This document shows positions 52,909 through 64,000 of a stretch of DNA of 64,000 nucleotides, one piece after another. This DNA is from Calditrichia bacterium. Its GTDB lineage: Bacteria; Calditrichota; Calditrichia; JAJRVZ01. The notes under the pieces are model-generated. The model did not search any database and had not been told where the DNA came from. It was given only the letters and a program-made list of their open reading frames with translations. A program made the translations under genes and the position numbers. The stretch's first letter is position 1; the number at the start of each line of letters is the position of its first letter. Location: the NCBI GenBank assembly GCA_963796965.1, contig CAWCNS010000005.1:128001-192000 (forward strand), read 5' to 3'.

Positions 52909-53634
52909 TCAGGTTGCTGTGGCAATTTTGTAACGCAGAGTTTTATAAAACCAGATGGCGACCAGGAAAAATAAAAAGGCAAAGTTGCTTTCTTTGATTT
53001 CAACGATTGGGGCCGAGTATTCGATGCTTGTCATTTCCTCCAATAATTTTGAAACGAAATAATTAACGATAAAAAATAAACCGATACTCAGTGGAACTAT
53101 TGGCAAATTCATTTTATTCAATTTCTCGGCAATTCTATGATTAAATAGAAAAATCATTGGCACTAATATACAATAGCTAAACCAGAATATTGAGAATAAA
53201 CGGTCCACGTTTAATAGGTTTGTAATCATTTTACTTTTCTCATCCATATTATCTCTATTAAAGATTGAAAGATTATGAATGTTGATTTCATTTTGTACAT
53301 TGACATCTGCAATCATCTCTGGCGTTTGTATACCAAGGATCCGTTGCCCCCAACTTATTTCTTCACCAAAAGTGATGAAAAACAATATAGAAAATAAAAG
53401 GAGGAAGAAGTTTTTTTTTGTCTTTAAAAAACTAAAATCATTACTCGTATTGTCGTTTTTATATGAAATAAATAATACTATCGACGCAGCCAGAAAGTAA
53501 AGTGCACCTGCTGATTCAATTATTCCGTCCTCCTTTGTTATAATGTGAAGTATATCAGTTGGCAGAAGCATTAGCGCATAAATACAAATCAAATAAATGA
53601 CAATCATGAAGATATAAACTTTCTTTTTCATCAT
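52909..53634 (-). CDS. Hypothetical multi-TM membrane protein (EDG..E / EEISWGQR family)
   Basis: KEDGIIES, GEEISWGQRI, NVQNEINIHN; about 6 TM helices. Confidence 0.75.
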   Translation of the reverse strand: MMKKKVYIFMIVIYLICIYALMLLPTDILHIITKEDGIIESAGALYFLAASIVLFISYKNDNTSNDFSFLKTKKNFFLLLFSILFFITFGEEISWGQRILGIQTPEMIADVNVQNEINIHNLSIFNRDNMDEKSKMITNLLNVDRLFSIFWFSYCILVPMIFLFNHRIAEKLNKMNLPIVPLSIGLFFIVNYFVSKLLEEMTSIEYSAPIVEIKESNFAFLFFLVAIWFYKTLRYKIATAT

Positions 53635-54728
53635 GATCTTGATATTTCCAATTTATTGTATAATTGTAGGTATGATTTGGTCATTAAGTCCATACTAAAT
53701 TCCGATTTAATTCTTTCCGCTCCAGCATCACCCATGGATTTGGCAACTTCTGGATTGTCGAGAAGATAACAAATTTTTTCTACCATTCCGGACACATCTC
53801 CACGATAAATTAGAAATCCTGTTTTATTTTGAACTACAAGTTCATTGGTGCCTCCGCCATCCGTTGCTACAACAGGCTTTCCTAAAGCCATATACTCGAT
53901 TATCGCATTGGAAATACCTTCTGTAATAGTGCTTAATACACCAATGTCTAAAATATTGATTATCGATTCCACATCGTCCTGTTCACCAAGAAATATTATA
54001 TGTTCGAGAAAGGGGAAAGTAACCAGGCGTTCTATGTCCTTTCTTAGGGGCCCGTCTCCTACTAAGATAAATGTAACATCTTTTCTAATTGCCAATATTT
54101 CCTGAGCACATAAGATGAAACTTTTATGATCCTTCTGATCGGTAAACCTCGCAATCATCCCAACTATATTCTTGGTGTTTATATTAAATCTCGAATGCAA
54201 TATTTCTGGCTTTTTGAGATTATCAAGCCTTGGGAAAGCAAAACCGTTATGAATGAAACTACTTTTTTTATTAGGTACTTCATAGGATTTTAAACCTGCT
54301 TCGGAATTTGCATTGATATGCTGGGAAAATAGAGTTACAATTTTTGATTTTATCCACAGTGATGTAAAATATCTTATTTTTAGAGGTGCATCCGCAATAA
54401 CATCACTCAACAGAACAATTCTAAGCAAGTATGCTATTGGGATCGCATAGATAGAACACATAAAATGCCAACTATGAATAATATCAGGCCTGAAATTTTT
54501 ACAAATCCTGTACAAGTGAATAAATACAGAAAAATCTTTTTTTACTTTTCTCTCAATATAATGAATCGGAAAAGTCAAGTTCTGAATATCCTGATAAAAG
54601 ATTTTTTTAGACAATATAATCACTTCACAATTGATGTCTGTATTTTGATGAATAGTTTTAATAAGTTCAAAAAATCGTCTTTCTCTTCCACCTGAATTTA
54701 GGCTATCAATAAAATAAATAATATTCAT
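53631..54728 (-). CDS. GT4-family glycosyltransferase
   Basis: GGRERR, ARFTDQKDH, VGDGP, EGISNAIIEYMALGKPVVATDGGG. Confidence 0.92.
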   Translation of the reverse strand: MNIIYFIDSLNSGGRERRFFELIKTIHQNTDINCEVIILSKKIFYQDIQNLTFPIHYIERKVKKDFSVFIHLYRICKNFRPDIIHSWHFMCSIYAIPIAYLLRIVLLSDVIADAPLKIRYFTSLWIKSKIVTLFSQHINANSEAGLKSYEVPNKKSSFIHNGFAFPRLDNLKKPEILHSRFNINTKNIVGMIARFTDQKDHKSFILCAQEILAIRKDVTFILVGDGPLRKDIERLVTFPFLEHIIFLGEQDDVESIINILDIGVLSTITEGISNAIIEYMALGKPVVATDGGGTNELVVQNKTGFLIYRGDVSGMVEKICYLLDNPEVAKSMGDAGAERIKSEFSMDLMTKSYLQLYNKLEISRS

Positions 54729-54806
54729 TTGATTAAGTAAGAGATTATTCCCGGCTTTAATAAAAGGAGGATAATCTCGATATTTTTTTATTATGAATTT
54801 ATATAG

Positions 54807-55925
54807 TTATAGTAATAGTTCTGCAAATATTTTTTCATATTTATCTACGGCGTTTTCAATTGTTAAGTGATGGGAATAATATTTAATAATTTCCTGTGCA
54901 TCAAATGAAATAGAATTATTTAATAATTGAGATACTGCATCAACCATTTCCTCAAAGTTTTCAACAATTATGCCTAGATTGTTTTCTTTGATTAGACCAT
55001 CTGGATCAAAAAATGAGACGATTGGAATTCCCCGGGACCATGCCTGAAGAAATGTATTCGGAAATCCCTCGTACGCGGATGTATTAATAAAAAGTTTACA
55101 CCTGTTAAAACTTATTTCAACTTCATCAAATGGAAGAAATCCCCTATACGTAAAATTTTTTATAATTTCGCCTTCAGCAATGACCAACTTTAAAGTCTCT
55201 TCCTCAGAATTGACGTTGTTTGAGTTCCCTCCAATCATTACAAATTTCTCATTCGGAAATCTTTTTGCGAGTTCTAAAAATAGATGAGGATTTTTTTGTT
55301 TGGCAAAACTTCCAATCCATAAAATTTCCTCCTTTATGATTCTACTTATGCGATTGTTTCTAAATCCATTATAAATCTTAACAGATTTTCTTTTAAAATT
55401 TTGAGAGACTAATTGCTGTTGCTTTTCATTTTGAGTTACAATTACATCACTTTGTTTTAATCCCCATAAATATAAAAGTCGATCTCTAATATTCAATCGA
55501 TGTTTTAATATTTGTAAATCAAAATCGGGATCGTTTGCTCCACAATATACGGTTTTACTCTTAATAATTTTTGAATAGAGGGCAACAACTGCAAGTAAGA
55601 ATCCAGCAGATCGTACATAGTAAATATCAGCGTTTGTTTTGTTCAGGGCTTTCCAAATCTTCAAAAGTCTAGGATAAAAAAATCTCAGTCCAGGAATCCC
55701 ATCATCTTCTCTAAAGGAAGCATATACCATAAAGGAATTAATATTTTCAATTTTGGGCTGTGCATGATCTTTCGTTATAAAACTTACTTCATAACCACGA
55801 TCGGATAGCACAGAGGCCAGTAAAAGTTGTTGTAGTTCAGCTCCACCAATAAATTGAATCTGTCTCTGAGGTCTAAGTAATGGGTAAATGTCTTGAGCAA
55901 CAAAACAAATTTTATATTTTTTCAT
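54807..55925 (-). CDS. GT4-family glycosyltransferase
   Basis: GGAELQQ, KQKNP, NTSAYEGFPNTFLQAW. Confidence 0.9.
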   Translation of the reverse strand: MKKYKICFVAQDIYPLLRPQRQIQFIGGAELQQLLLASVLSDRGYEVSFITKDHAQPKIENINSFMVYASFREDDGIPGLRFFYPRLLKIWKALNKTNADIYYVRSAGFLLAVVALYSKIIKSKTVYCGANDPDFDLQILKHRLNIRDRLLYLWGLKQSDVIVTQNEKQQQLVSQNFKRKSVKIYNGFRNNRISRIIKEEILWIGSFAKQKNPHLFLELAKRFPNEKFVMIGGNSNNVNSEEETLKLVIAEGEIIKNFTYRGFLPFDEVEISFNRCKLFINTSAYEGFPNTFLQAWSRGIPIVSFFDPDGLIKENNLGIIVENFEEMVDAVSQLLNNSISFDAQEIIKYYSHHLTIENAVDKYEKIFAELLL

Positions 55926-57330
55926 TTAGCATTTCTTTAGAAGTGTTAAGTAAATTTAGAAATACAAAAGCACCACCTAGCGTTAACCAAAGAAAACTAT
56001 TTTGTAAATCCGGAAAAAAAGAGCGGCCGGTAAGGCCAGCAATAAGATACGATATGATAGAAATTAGAAAGCCATAATAGAACTCTCTAATCTTTGAATC
56101 CTCAATTATATGTAAATTTGTATATAATGCCTTCAAGAGGAATGCAAAGATTAATATAAAGGCTACTAAACCAATAACACCACTTTCTAAAATCGCCTCT
56201 ATATACATGTTATGTGGATGTTTTACATCTAAAATATAGCCATTTTTAGCAGCATCTGTAAGAACTATACCGTATCGTCCTTCACCAATCATTAACTGTC
56301 CTGGTTTTTCCTGATATTCTTCAATCAGAGGCATCCATATGTTCTCAATTCTTCCTGCGGATATATCTTCACTACTTCTCTCACCAATACCAACCTGAGT
56401 CTTTGAATAATACTTGTGGCAATTGCAAATGATAGAATAATACCAACGATTATATATACGGGGATTAGCTTTGCCCGTTTAGAGATTATTAAAAATAATA
56501 CAATTGCAATTAAAATAGTTAAATAGGACGTCCTGGAATACGTAAAGCCTGCAGCAATAAAATTGATTCCTAAACTACTAAAACTTAACCAGTTCTTTTT
56601 ATAAAAAAAAATTCCTAAAGATAGAGGAAATGCCAAAATATAAAAGTCTGCTATTGCATTCCGATGCATTCCAAGTTCAGTAAGATAAAATTGATTTACA
56701 CTATCGACATTTCCCCAATCACGAATTAGAAATATATTAATCACAATTATGATTATCGACAGCATTAACAATGACAAACTGATTATATTCGCCAAATATT
56801 TTAAATCGTCGATTGTTTTAATGTATAATACTACAACGAAAAACGGAATGAAATATATCAATGGCTTAAAATAATCTGAAAGTAAAAACTGAGTTTCTGT
56901 TAGCGCTTCTCTTTCAGCACTCATAAACATTAGATTAATTACATCTAAGAACGGGAAATAATGACCGTGCTATGCTTACGCTGAAAAGAACAAATACAGT
57001 AGCGGAAAATACTTTTGATTGAAGAGATAAGTGAGAAGCATTTTTGATATTAATTATAGCAATAAACATGATAAAAGACCCGCAAAAATTTGTAAAGGTT
57101 TTGTGCCTGGTATCCCCAAGACCGAATTATTAAAATACTCGGTGCCGGTGAATGGCAAAAAAATAATAAATAACGATAAAATCTTTATTGGATTTTTATA
57201 GAAAAATAGGAATAAAAGCTATTGAAATCGGAAGAAAAAAGGCAAGCAAAAATGAATTAATCATAAATAAACCTGCGATTAACCCTAATAGTATATAATA
57301 TATAATTTCTATTTTTTTAGATGAGTCCAA
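55912..57330 (-). CDS. O-antigen ligase/Wzy-polymerase-like membrane protein (several indels; start approximate)
   Basis: HRN, TYSRTSYL, IGEGRYG, HPHNMYIEAILESGVIGL; hydrophobic sequence continues upstream to about 57330. Confidence 0.75.
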
Positions 57331-57489
57331 AAATCAATCACTCACAATAATTGGTGTATGTGTAATAGATTAATAAAACTATTTTCTTTTTAAATCTTAT
57401 GGGAATTAGTCAAATACTTTAAAACAATAAATATGGGGGATTGGAAAAAATATCATCGTTGCAGGCCAAATAATTAAATTATTCTTGAT

Positions 57490-58904
57490 TTATTTTATAT
57501 AAACCAATTTTTTAGAAATTTTTGTGTTATTATATTTACTTTTGGTAACGCTTATTGAATAGATATAAACACCTGAAGCAAATTCCCTTCCAAAATCTAC
57601 CTTACTCACTTCCATTGAAATTTATGTATCCCTTTATTCTGACGTCCACTATAAATTTCTCGATATTTCTACCGCCAAGATCACTGATTAATAGTAGAAC
57701 TTCTGCAGATTCGGGAAGTTCATACATGATTGTCGTATTTGAGTTAAATGGATTAGGATAATTATTAAATAAAACAAAATTTTTCAATCTTGGAATGTCT
57801 GCGGATACAATTTGATGCTGAGTGACTATGCCATCGAAAGAAACATCAGATATTCTATAATTGTATAATTCGCCAGGATTTATATTGTTGTCAAAATATT
57901 CATATTCTTTCCCAACGGCAGAATTACCAGCCCCTTCAACGAAATCAATCCTACTGAAGGAGTTTTCGATATTTAGTTTTTTCTCAATGATCCAGCCGGC
58001 ATTATTCAACTCGGACATCGTTTTCCACTTAAGAGAAACGGCATTGTTCTGATAAGTTGCGTAGAAATTTACCAATTCAACAGGAAGAGATACATCTGGA
58101 AAAAATACCTCATAGATTCTTCCATCGGCATAATTATCTGCCATGCCATCTGCGATATAGATAGATTCTGCAGAACTACTATAAGAACTTTCTCCGAAAG
58201 TTAAGCCTTGGGCAGCATTGGGAACGGGATCAATATCTGATAAATCATAGGTATCAAGAAATTGACCACTTAGATTGTATTCATAAATTATATTCTCAGG
58301 ACTTGAAATGATAAATAAATGGTTCGACCTTTGGTGGTGTGTAATTCCCTCTGGATCTTGAATTCTACCACTCACGCTAAAACTCTCGCCTGATAGATGA
58401 GAAAGATTAGATCCATTTACTTCAACAACAACTATTTTTTTATCACCTGACTGGCCGTCAGCGTATATAGAGGTGATTATTGGAAAGATTTACAGTAACA
58501 CCTTCAGGGTCATCCATATTGAACGGTGAATTTTTCAGGTACCATTCGCCAGTTTTTGTAAAGGAGCCAGATATAATCTTATAGGCATATAATGAGTACG
58601 TGTTGTCATTGGTAATATAATAGGTATTGTTATTTGAATTATAACAAATTCCGGTTGGTTCTAGATCATCTGATACCGTTACATAGCTGTGCAGGAGGCT
58701 ATTGCCCATAAGATTAGTCTCAAAAATATTTTTATTATTCCAGTAACCAAATTCATTAATCTCTGAATCTGATATAAATAAGGTGTTCGTATCCGGATTA
58801 TAAGTAATACCGGCGACATCGGTGCTTGGAATTACACCTCCATTCCATAAATCAAAATGCCTGATCTTGATTAGTTCACCACCAAGTACCTGTGAAAAAT
58901 TCAT
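57490..58904 (-). CDS. Secreted beta-propeller-repeat protein with a C-terminal sorting domain (T9SS type-A/FlgD-like); several indels, start may be near 58980
   Basis: Repeats AGITY/TGICY/DPEGVT/DPEGIT/QGLTF; LPVELVNF, W.T.SE.NN.G; NYPNPFN; last frame ASGVYIYS...KKLVYIK* ends at 57490. Confidence 0.72.
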
Positions 58905-59177
58905 TATGATATATACATTGATCAGAAAATATTTGAAATGGATCTTTACTTTAGTAAAGTATGCATGATTGCTTTCGATGTTCCTAACTCCTCTATTGCA
59001 ACTTTAGACATCTGATTGTCGTCATGTCATGTATCTAACTAAACAATCGAGTTAGATATTTCAGAGATAATTATAAATAATCTGGGGATAATCATGCATT
59101 AATATATTTTAACTATCTTTAGCAATACAACTATATAAACTATCATTATTTTTTTATTGTTCTTATCATTTCTCGAT

Positions 59178-59982
59178 CTACGATCTTGTTTCTATATTAT
59201 TTAATATTTTATCTCGTTCAAAGAATAATTGTTCATTTATTTTGCTTTTATCAAGACTATTAGATGAATTATCGATATTTATAATTGCCATACCTGAATC
59301 TGCCAATGACTCAATTGCAAAACTTAAAGCCTTTTGTGATCGAAAGAGGTACTCTTCAACTTCCTTCTCCTTTTTACCCTCCAGCCTCTCAGGCAGCTTC
59401 CGGGCCATAATTCTCTCTTTACAAACCTTTAGATCAGCATGCGTGTAAATTAATAAATCTGTTTTAGGGATTTTTAAGATGTATTCTTTTATTTCATTAA
59501 AATTTATTTTATTCTCACTTGTTGAAACAAATATTGAAATTATCTTATGAATAAATCCTTCATCTAATATAAAGTTTATCTTATTTTTGCTTGATATTCT
59601 TGCCATCTGGTAGTGCCCGGATGTCCAAAGAAACCAGTTGATTATCTTTTCCTTGTCCTCTCTTGGAATTGACCTTTCTAGGGTTCGTTGATACAATTCC
59701 ATTAGAATGCCTGGCTCATTTTTTACAAATTCTAGTCTGACATTTATCCTTGTAGAGGACTTCAAATAATTTATACGCAATTCTTTTTTGGAAAGCAGGT
59801 GTAAATATCCCACAGGCAATTTTAAAAATTTTTTCACTAAGGAAAGGATTATTGCTGGTAAATATTAAATTATATTCATCATATATTTTTCCCCCTAAAT
59901 CCTTTATGTGATTTTTTATTATTGGTATTAACGAACTTTTTCCAGATCCGGGAATACCAGTAACTTCAATTACTTTCATCAA
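59178..59982 (-). CDS. P-loop NTPase / nucleoside-monophosphate-kinase-like protein (indel near 59740)
   Basis: IEVTGIPGSGKSS, FILDEGF, CKERIMAR. Confidence 0.7.
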
Positions 59983-61380
59983 ATGAATTTCCAGATTTCA
60001 TTTTTAATAACCGAAAGTGTTTTGTCTCTACCATTCATTGTATCAATTACAATGCGACCGTTTTGTTGTTCCCGGATCAACTGATTTACAGCATTTATTT
60101 TACTTTTCAGCTGTTTTATGAAGATTGCATCAACGTCCTCTTTTTTTCTTTTACTATATTCAGAGAGTTCAACTGATAAGATAAAGATATAGTCCGGATT
60201 GTTGATTTTCTCGTAATATTGACGTTCCAAATTGAACCAAAATCCGTTTTTTTTTAATCTTGGACCATCCATAGGCTGTTCCATTTGCCAGAATTCTTTT
60301 AGGGGGAATCTGTCATAAATTACTATCTTCCCTTGATTCTTTATCTTTTCCATTTGAATAAATAGTCTATATCTATGCCAGGCTAACCAAGTCCATCTGA
60401 TGGCATTGAGTTGATTTACTATTACCGACCACTGAAATTTTTCGGTTACTCTCAATATTTGATTGAAAAATTTCCAGATGAGTTTTCTTTTAGGAATTCC
60501 CATATAAGCAGTTTCTATTGATAGTTTCCAGGATAGCCACTTACTTATATTTTTTACGGTACTTGTTTTTCCTGAACCATCAGCGCCAACAAAGGCAATC
60601 GTTAAACCACCAGGTCCTATCCAATTTGATGATACTTTAGAGGCAATCCTCCTCAGACTTTTTATTGTAAATAGATTCAATGCAATTCAAATATTTATAT
60701 TGAATTAGAAGTTTTTTTATTCCCAGATGTAATCGAATAGCTTGAGCCAGTGATAGATTTAATAATTTTTCCACATCAGCGTTATTTGTGAGTTTAACCA
60801 GATTAGGAAATTGGTTTTTTAGACCGTCTAAAATTTTTCTATCATCTATATTATTTTTAAGATATTTAAGTTCTTCTTTGATATTTATAGGGATTATCTG
60901 TCTACGAACAATCGCTCTCAATATATCTCGCATAGTAAATCTTATCTTTAATATGGTTCGAAGTATTAAAATTAATAATTCTAATTCTGGGTGGATTGTG
61001 AATATTCTATATGTTTTATTGAAAACCTTTGTGTTCAGGATGATCTTTTCGAGATCTAATCTATAAAATTTTTGCAGACTCTTTCCAAAAATTAATTTAT
61101 AGTGCACATGTAAATGAATTAACTTACCCGATTCTGGATCAAAAGCAATATAATCTTCCATGCCGGGATAAGTTTTGTCTGCTGTTGATATCCTTCTTTT
61201 AGCACCTGCGTGAACCATGCATTGCTGAAATTTGTTGGTATCTCCGATTGCAACTAACAGGTCGAAATCAGTTAATGATTGGAATGAGCGATCAAGATGG
61301 GCGTTACTTTTCCAACTACAGTAGTTAATATTTTCGTGTTCTAGTTTTTCAAAGATATAATTTATGTAACTATTTGACAT
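59979..61380 (-). CDS. Nucleotidyltransferase-like domain + thymidylate-kinase-like domain (probable single fusion gene split by indel near 60660)
   Basis: YCSWKS...LTDFDLLV...IHLHVHY; GGLTIAFVGADGSGKTS, YMG, IYDRFP. Confidence 0.7.
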
Positions 61381-61414
61381 GTTATGATCTCTTTTTTCTT
61401 AATAAACAGTTTGG

Positions 61415-62944
61415 TCACTTCAATATATCTTTCCCAATTAATTTATTAATAATTCTTTTTTCTTCTGCTAAAAACGCATTATTAAAATAAGACAAGATTA
61501 GATAGATCAATCCGAGGCTAAAGATTATAGCAAGTAGAGAAATCCAACCGGTAATAAAGCCTCGTAAAAGAAATCCAATACCTATTATCATAATACAATT
61601 TAGCGAAATCCTAAATAGGCTTTCAAGGGGGAGGGTTAACTTCACTAAGCGATAAGACATATAGTACTCATATATTTTTTTAAATACCATTGCACTTGAA
61701 GTAGCGATGGCAACCCCCATAATACCCCATATATGAATTAAAAGAATATCCATAATCAGATTGTAAATAGAAGATAATTTTCCAGCTAGAATGACTTCAG
61801 GTTTTTCGATAGCTTTAAGAGGAAGGGCAACGGGAAATACTTTCATCAAAAAGTGTATGAATAAAACCAGCATAACGTAATAGCTGCTAAGGAATCTTTC
61901 GTCAAAAAAGTACACAATGATCGGTTTTCCCAAAACAATAAATGCACTAAATATAGGAAAGATGGCATAAGCATTAAATTTTACAACGAAATGAAACATC
62001 TTATTCAATTCATTTTTATCTCCGGTCTGAGAAAAGCGTGCAAAATAAGCTGGCGTAATTACATTAATGAATAAGCGAGAAGGTAACAGCTCTGATATCA
62101 TTCGTCCAATTCGGGCGGCGAAAGCATAATATCCTAATTGAATGGTTCCTAAATAATGAGATATGACAAAAAGATCGGTTGAAATATCAATAAAAAGAAC
62201 GCCGATTTCATTAAACAGGCTGAAAGAACTATATCTAAAGATTCGTTTTAATAGAGATTTACGGTCAAAAACAGTATTTTTTGCATTATTTGTGTTATTT
62301 AAGGCTTTTTTGTAAAAAATATAAGCAATTATCATAAATAGAAAAGAGGCAATTAAATCAGCGATTAAAACGTGATATAATCCAAATCCCAGTGAAAAGA
62401 AAATGCTAATAAATGTGCCTTTTATTAAAAGATAAATGATATTGGCAATAACACTATACTTATGTAAGAAGATCGATTGTAATATTACTCGTAACAATTG
62501 GGCCTGAAAAAGAAATATCAGACTTAATACAAAAATAGGAAAATAAATTTGATAATCGGTGAGATTAAAAAAATTTCCTATAAAATCAAGGGAAATATTA
62601 ATAAACAAAAAAATCAGGAGAGATAAAGCAAATCTAAATATCAGACCTGACTTTGCGACCCATTGAAACTTTGACATTTCCTTTGATTGGAAGAACTCGG
62701 GTAAATACCTTGAAGCACCTTCCAGTATTCCGAAAGAGGATAAAATATTTAAATAGACAGAAGTTCCTAACAAAAGATTATATATACCATATTCAGAAGT
62801 GGAGAGATATTTAATTAATAACCAGGCAATGGCTATGCTAATTATTTTTTCAAAGACCTGTCCGGATATAGAAAATATTGAACTCTGTCTGATTTGGGCG
62901 ATGCTTAATTTATTTTTATTTTCCATTTGATATACAAATAACAA
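61415..62944 (-). CDS. wzx: Wzx-type polysaccharide flippase (MOP superfamily)
   Basis: About 14 TM helices; LSTSEYGIY, RYLP, TDLFVISHYLG..QLGYYAFA, WGIMGVAIAT. Confidence 0.88.
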   Translation of the reverse strand: MLFVYQMENKNKLSIAQIRQSSIFSISGQVFEKIISIAIAWLLIKYLSTSEYGIYNLLLGTSVYLNILSSFGILEGASRYLPEFFQSKEMSKFQWVAKSGLIFRFALSLLIFLFINISLDFIGNFFNLTDYQIYFPIFVLSLIFLFQAQLLRVILQSIFLHKYSVIANIIYLLIKGTFISIFFSLGFGLYHVLIADLIASFLFMIIAYIFYKKALNNTNNAKNTVFDRKSLLKRIFRYSSFSLFNEIGVLFIDISTDLFVISHYLGTIQLGYYAFAARIGRMISELLPSRLFINVITPAYFARFSQTGDKNELNKMFHFVVKFNAYAIFPIFSAFIVLGKPIIVYFFDERFLSSYYVMLVLFIHFLMKVFPVALPLKAIEKPEVILAGKLSSIYNLIMDILLIHIWGIMGVAIATSSAMVFKKIYEYYMSYRLVKLTLPLESLFRISLNCIMIIGIGFLLRGFITGWISLLAIIFSLGLIYLILSYFNNAFLAEEKRIINKLIGKDILK

Positions 62945-62965
62945 TGTCGATTGTTAAAAAGGGTT

Positions 62966-64000
62966 TTATCGCAAAAGTTGTTTATATGCGTCGATTAGTT
63001 TCGGTTCCTCGTGTACCCATTGTAGATTTTGTAAAACACGTTGATATCCAAAGTTACCCATTACTACTCTTTTTCCTGGATTATTTACTAAATACAATAT
63101 TTTTTCTGCAAAATCATGTATATCATTCGGTTTAGCATAGAGTGATGCCTCCTGAGCTGAGAACTTTCCTTCTTTTAGATCATATTGAACAATGGGTTTG
63201 CCCAGAGCCATATACTCCATCACTTTGTTCATTGTAGATTTATCGTTCATGGCATTCCATATATCAGGATTTACACAGATATCGGCAGTATTCAATATAC
63301 GTAATAGTTCCTCGTTTGGGATTCTATCTGTAAAGTTTACATAGTCATTTAGATGCAATTCCGAACACAATCGTTTCATCTCATCCAGAGCTGGGCCACT
63401 TCCACAAATAGTACAGTGAAAATCATCATATTTAAAGCTGTTGAGTATCATATTGATTGATTTTAATAGATGGTCGATCCCTTCTTGTTGACCGATCACA
63501 CCTACATAACCAATCAATATTCTTTTTCCGTATTTAAGATTCTCATCGGGAGGCAAAATTTTCAACCTTTTCAGATCTGGACCACTACGGACGACAAAGA
63601 CTTTATCAGCGCTCATTCTGCCTCGTGTTAGCGCAATCTCTTTGTATGAATTATTTGTGGCAATGGATATATCTGCAGATTTAAACGTCAACTTTTCCAA
63701 TAGTAATAGTAATCTATAAAAAAAGTTTTTTTTATTGAATTTTGCAATAAACAATTCAGGATTTATATCATGATGATCAAAAACAAATTGTACACCGAAC
63801 AATTTATAAAGAAGTGCAATTATAAATATGAGATCTGGAGGATTACAGGCATGGATGACATTGAATTTATATTTAAAGTAAATTTTTATTGATAAAATAA
63901 ACTCCCAGAAAAGAGCAAGAGAATATTCAAGAGCAAAACCCATAAATCCCTTTGCTTCGACCGAGAGCGGATGTCTGAAAATGTGAATACCGTTAATCAG
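62966..64000 (-). CDS. GT4-family glycosyltransferase (5' end beyond window)
   Basis: HACNPPD, FDHHDINPE, VVRSGP, YVGVIGQQEG, STMNKVMEYMALGKP. Confidence 0.9.
   Translation of the reverse strand: MINGIHIFRHPLSVEAKGFMGFALEYSLALFWEFILSIKIYFKYKFNVIHACNPPDLIFIIALLYKLFGVQFVFDHHDINPELFIAKFNKKNFFYRLLLLLEKLTFKSADISIATNNSYKEIALTRGRMSADKVFVVRSGPDLKRLKILPPDENLKYGKRILIGYVGVIGQQEGIDHLLKSINMILNSFKYDDFHCTICGSGPALDEMKRLCSELHLNDYVNFTDRIPNEELLRILNTADICVNPDIWNAMNDKSTMNKVMEYMALGKPIVQYDLKEGKFSAQEASLYAKPNDIHDFAEKILYLVNNPGKRVVMGNFGYQRVLQNLQWVHEEPKLIDAYKQLLR

Overview
AT-rich bacterial chromosome segment, probably from an FCB-group anaerobe. A Calditrichota/Ignavibacteria-like origin is an inference from gene content: an NYPNPFN-type C-terminal sorting domain, bshB1, hypD and several peptidases. 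About 20 genes are split by single-base indels, including housekeeping genes (fbaA, miaB), which points to uncorrected long-read errors, so split ORFs are reported as single genes. Bases 1-40260 hold core and metabolic genes: fbaA, a sulfatase, a PAS sigma54 activator, bshB1-hyp-xerD, a degenerate glycogen-debranching enzyme, an IscA-family protein, def, pepA, a FadF/HdrF-like oxidoreductase plus cytochrome c, a glucosylglycerate operon, an ECF sigma/zinc anti-sigma/thioredoxin redox locus, rsbU-W-V, radA, the hydroxyproline dehydratase HypD with its activase, mtaB and miaB. The intergenic gaps carry several families of palindromic, heptamer and MITE-like repeats. Bases 40260-64000 hold a visibly more AT-rich Wzx/Wzy surface-polysaccharide locus rich in tailoring genes. 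The most interesting item is a four-gene module: carbamoyltransferase, SxtJ-like membrane protein, SGNH protein and a 52-aa SxtK/DUF5989-like peptide missed by the ORF track. The peptide ends in FIYALF, matching the F-I-Y-x-x-F acyl-shuttle motif of DltX-type MBOAT/SGNH systems, yet no MBOAT gene is in the module. This suggests an undescribed trans-membrane O-carbamoylation relay for envelope glycans. No rRNA, tRNA or CRISPR array was recognised.
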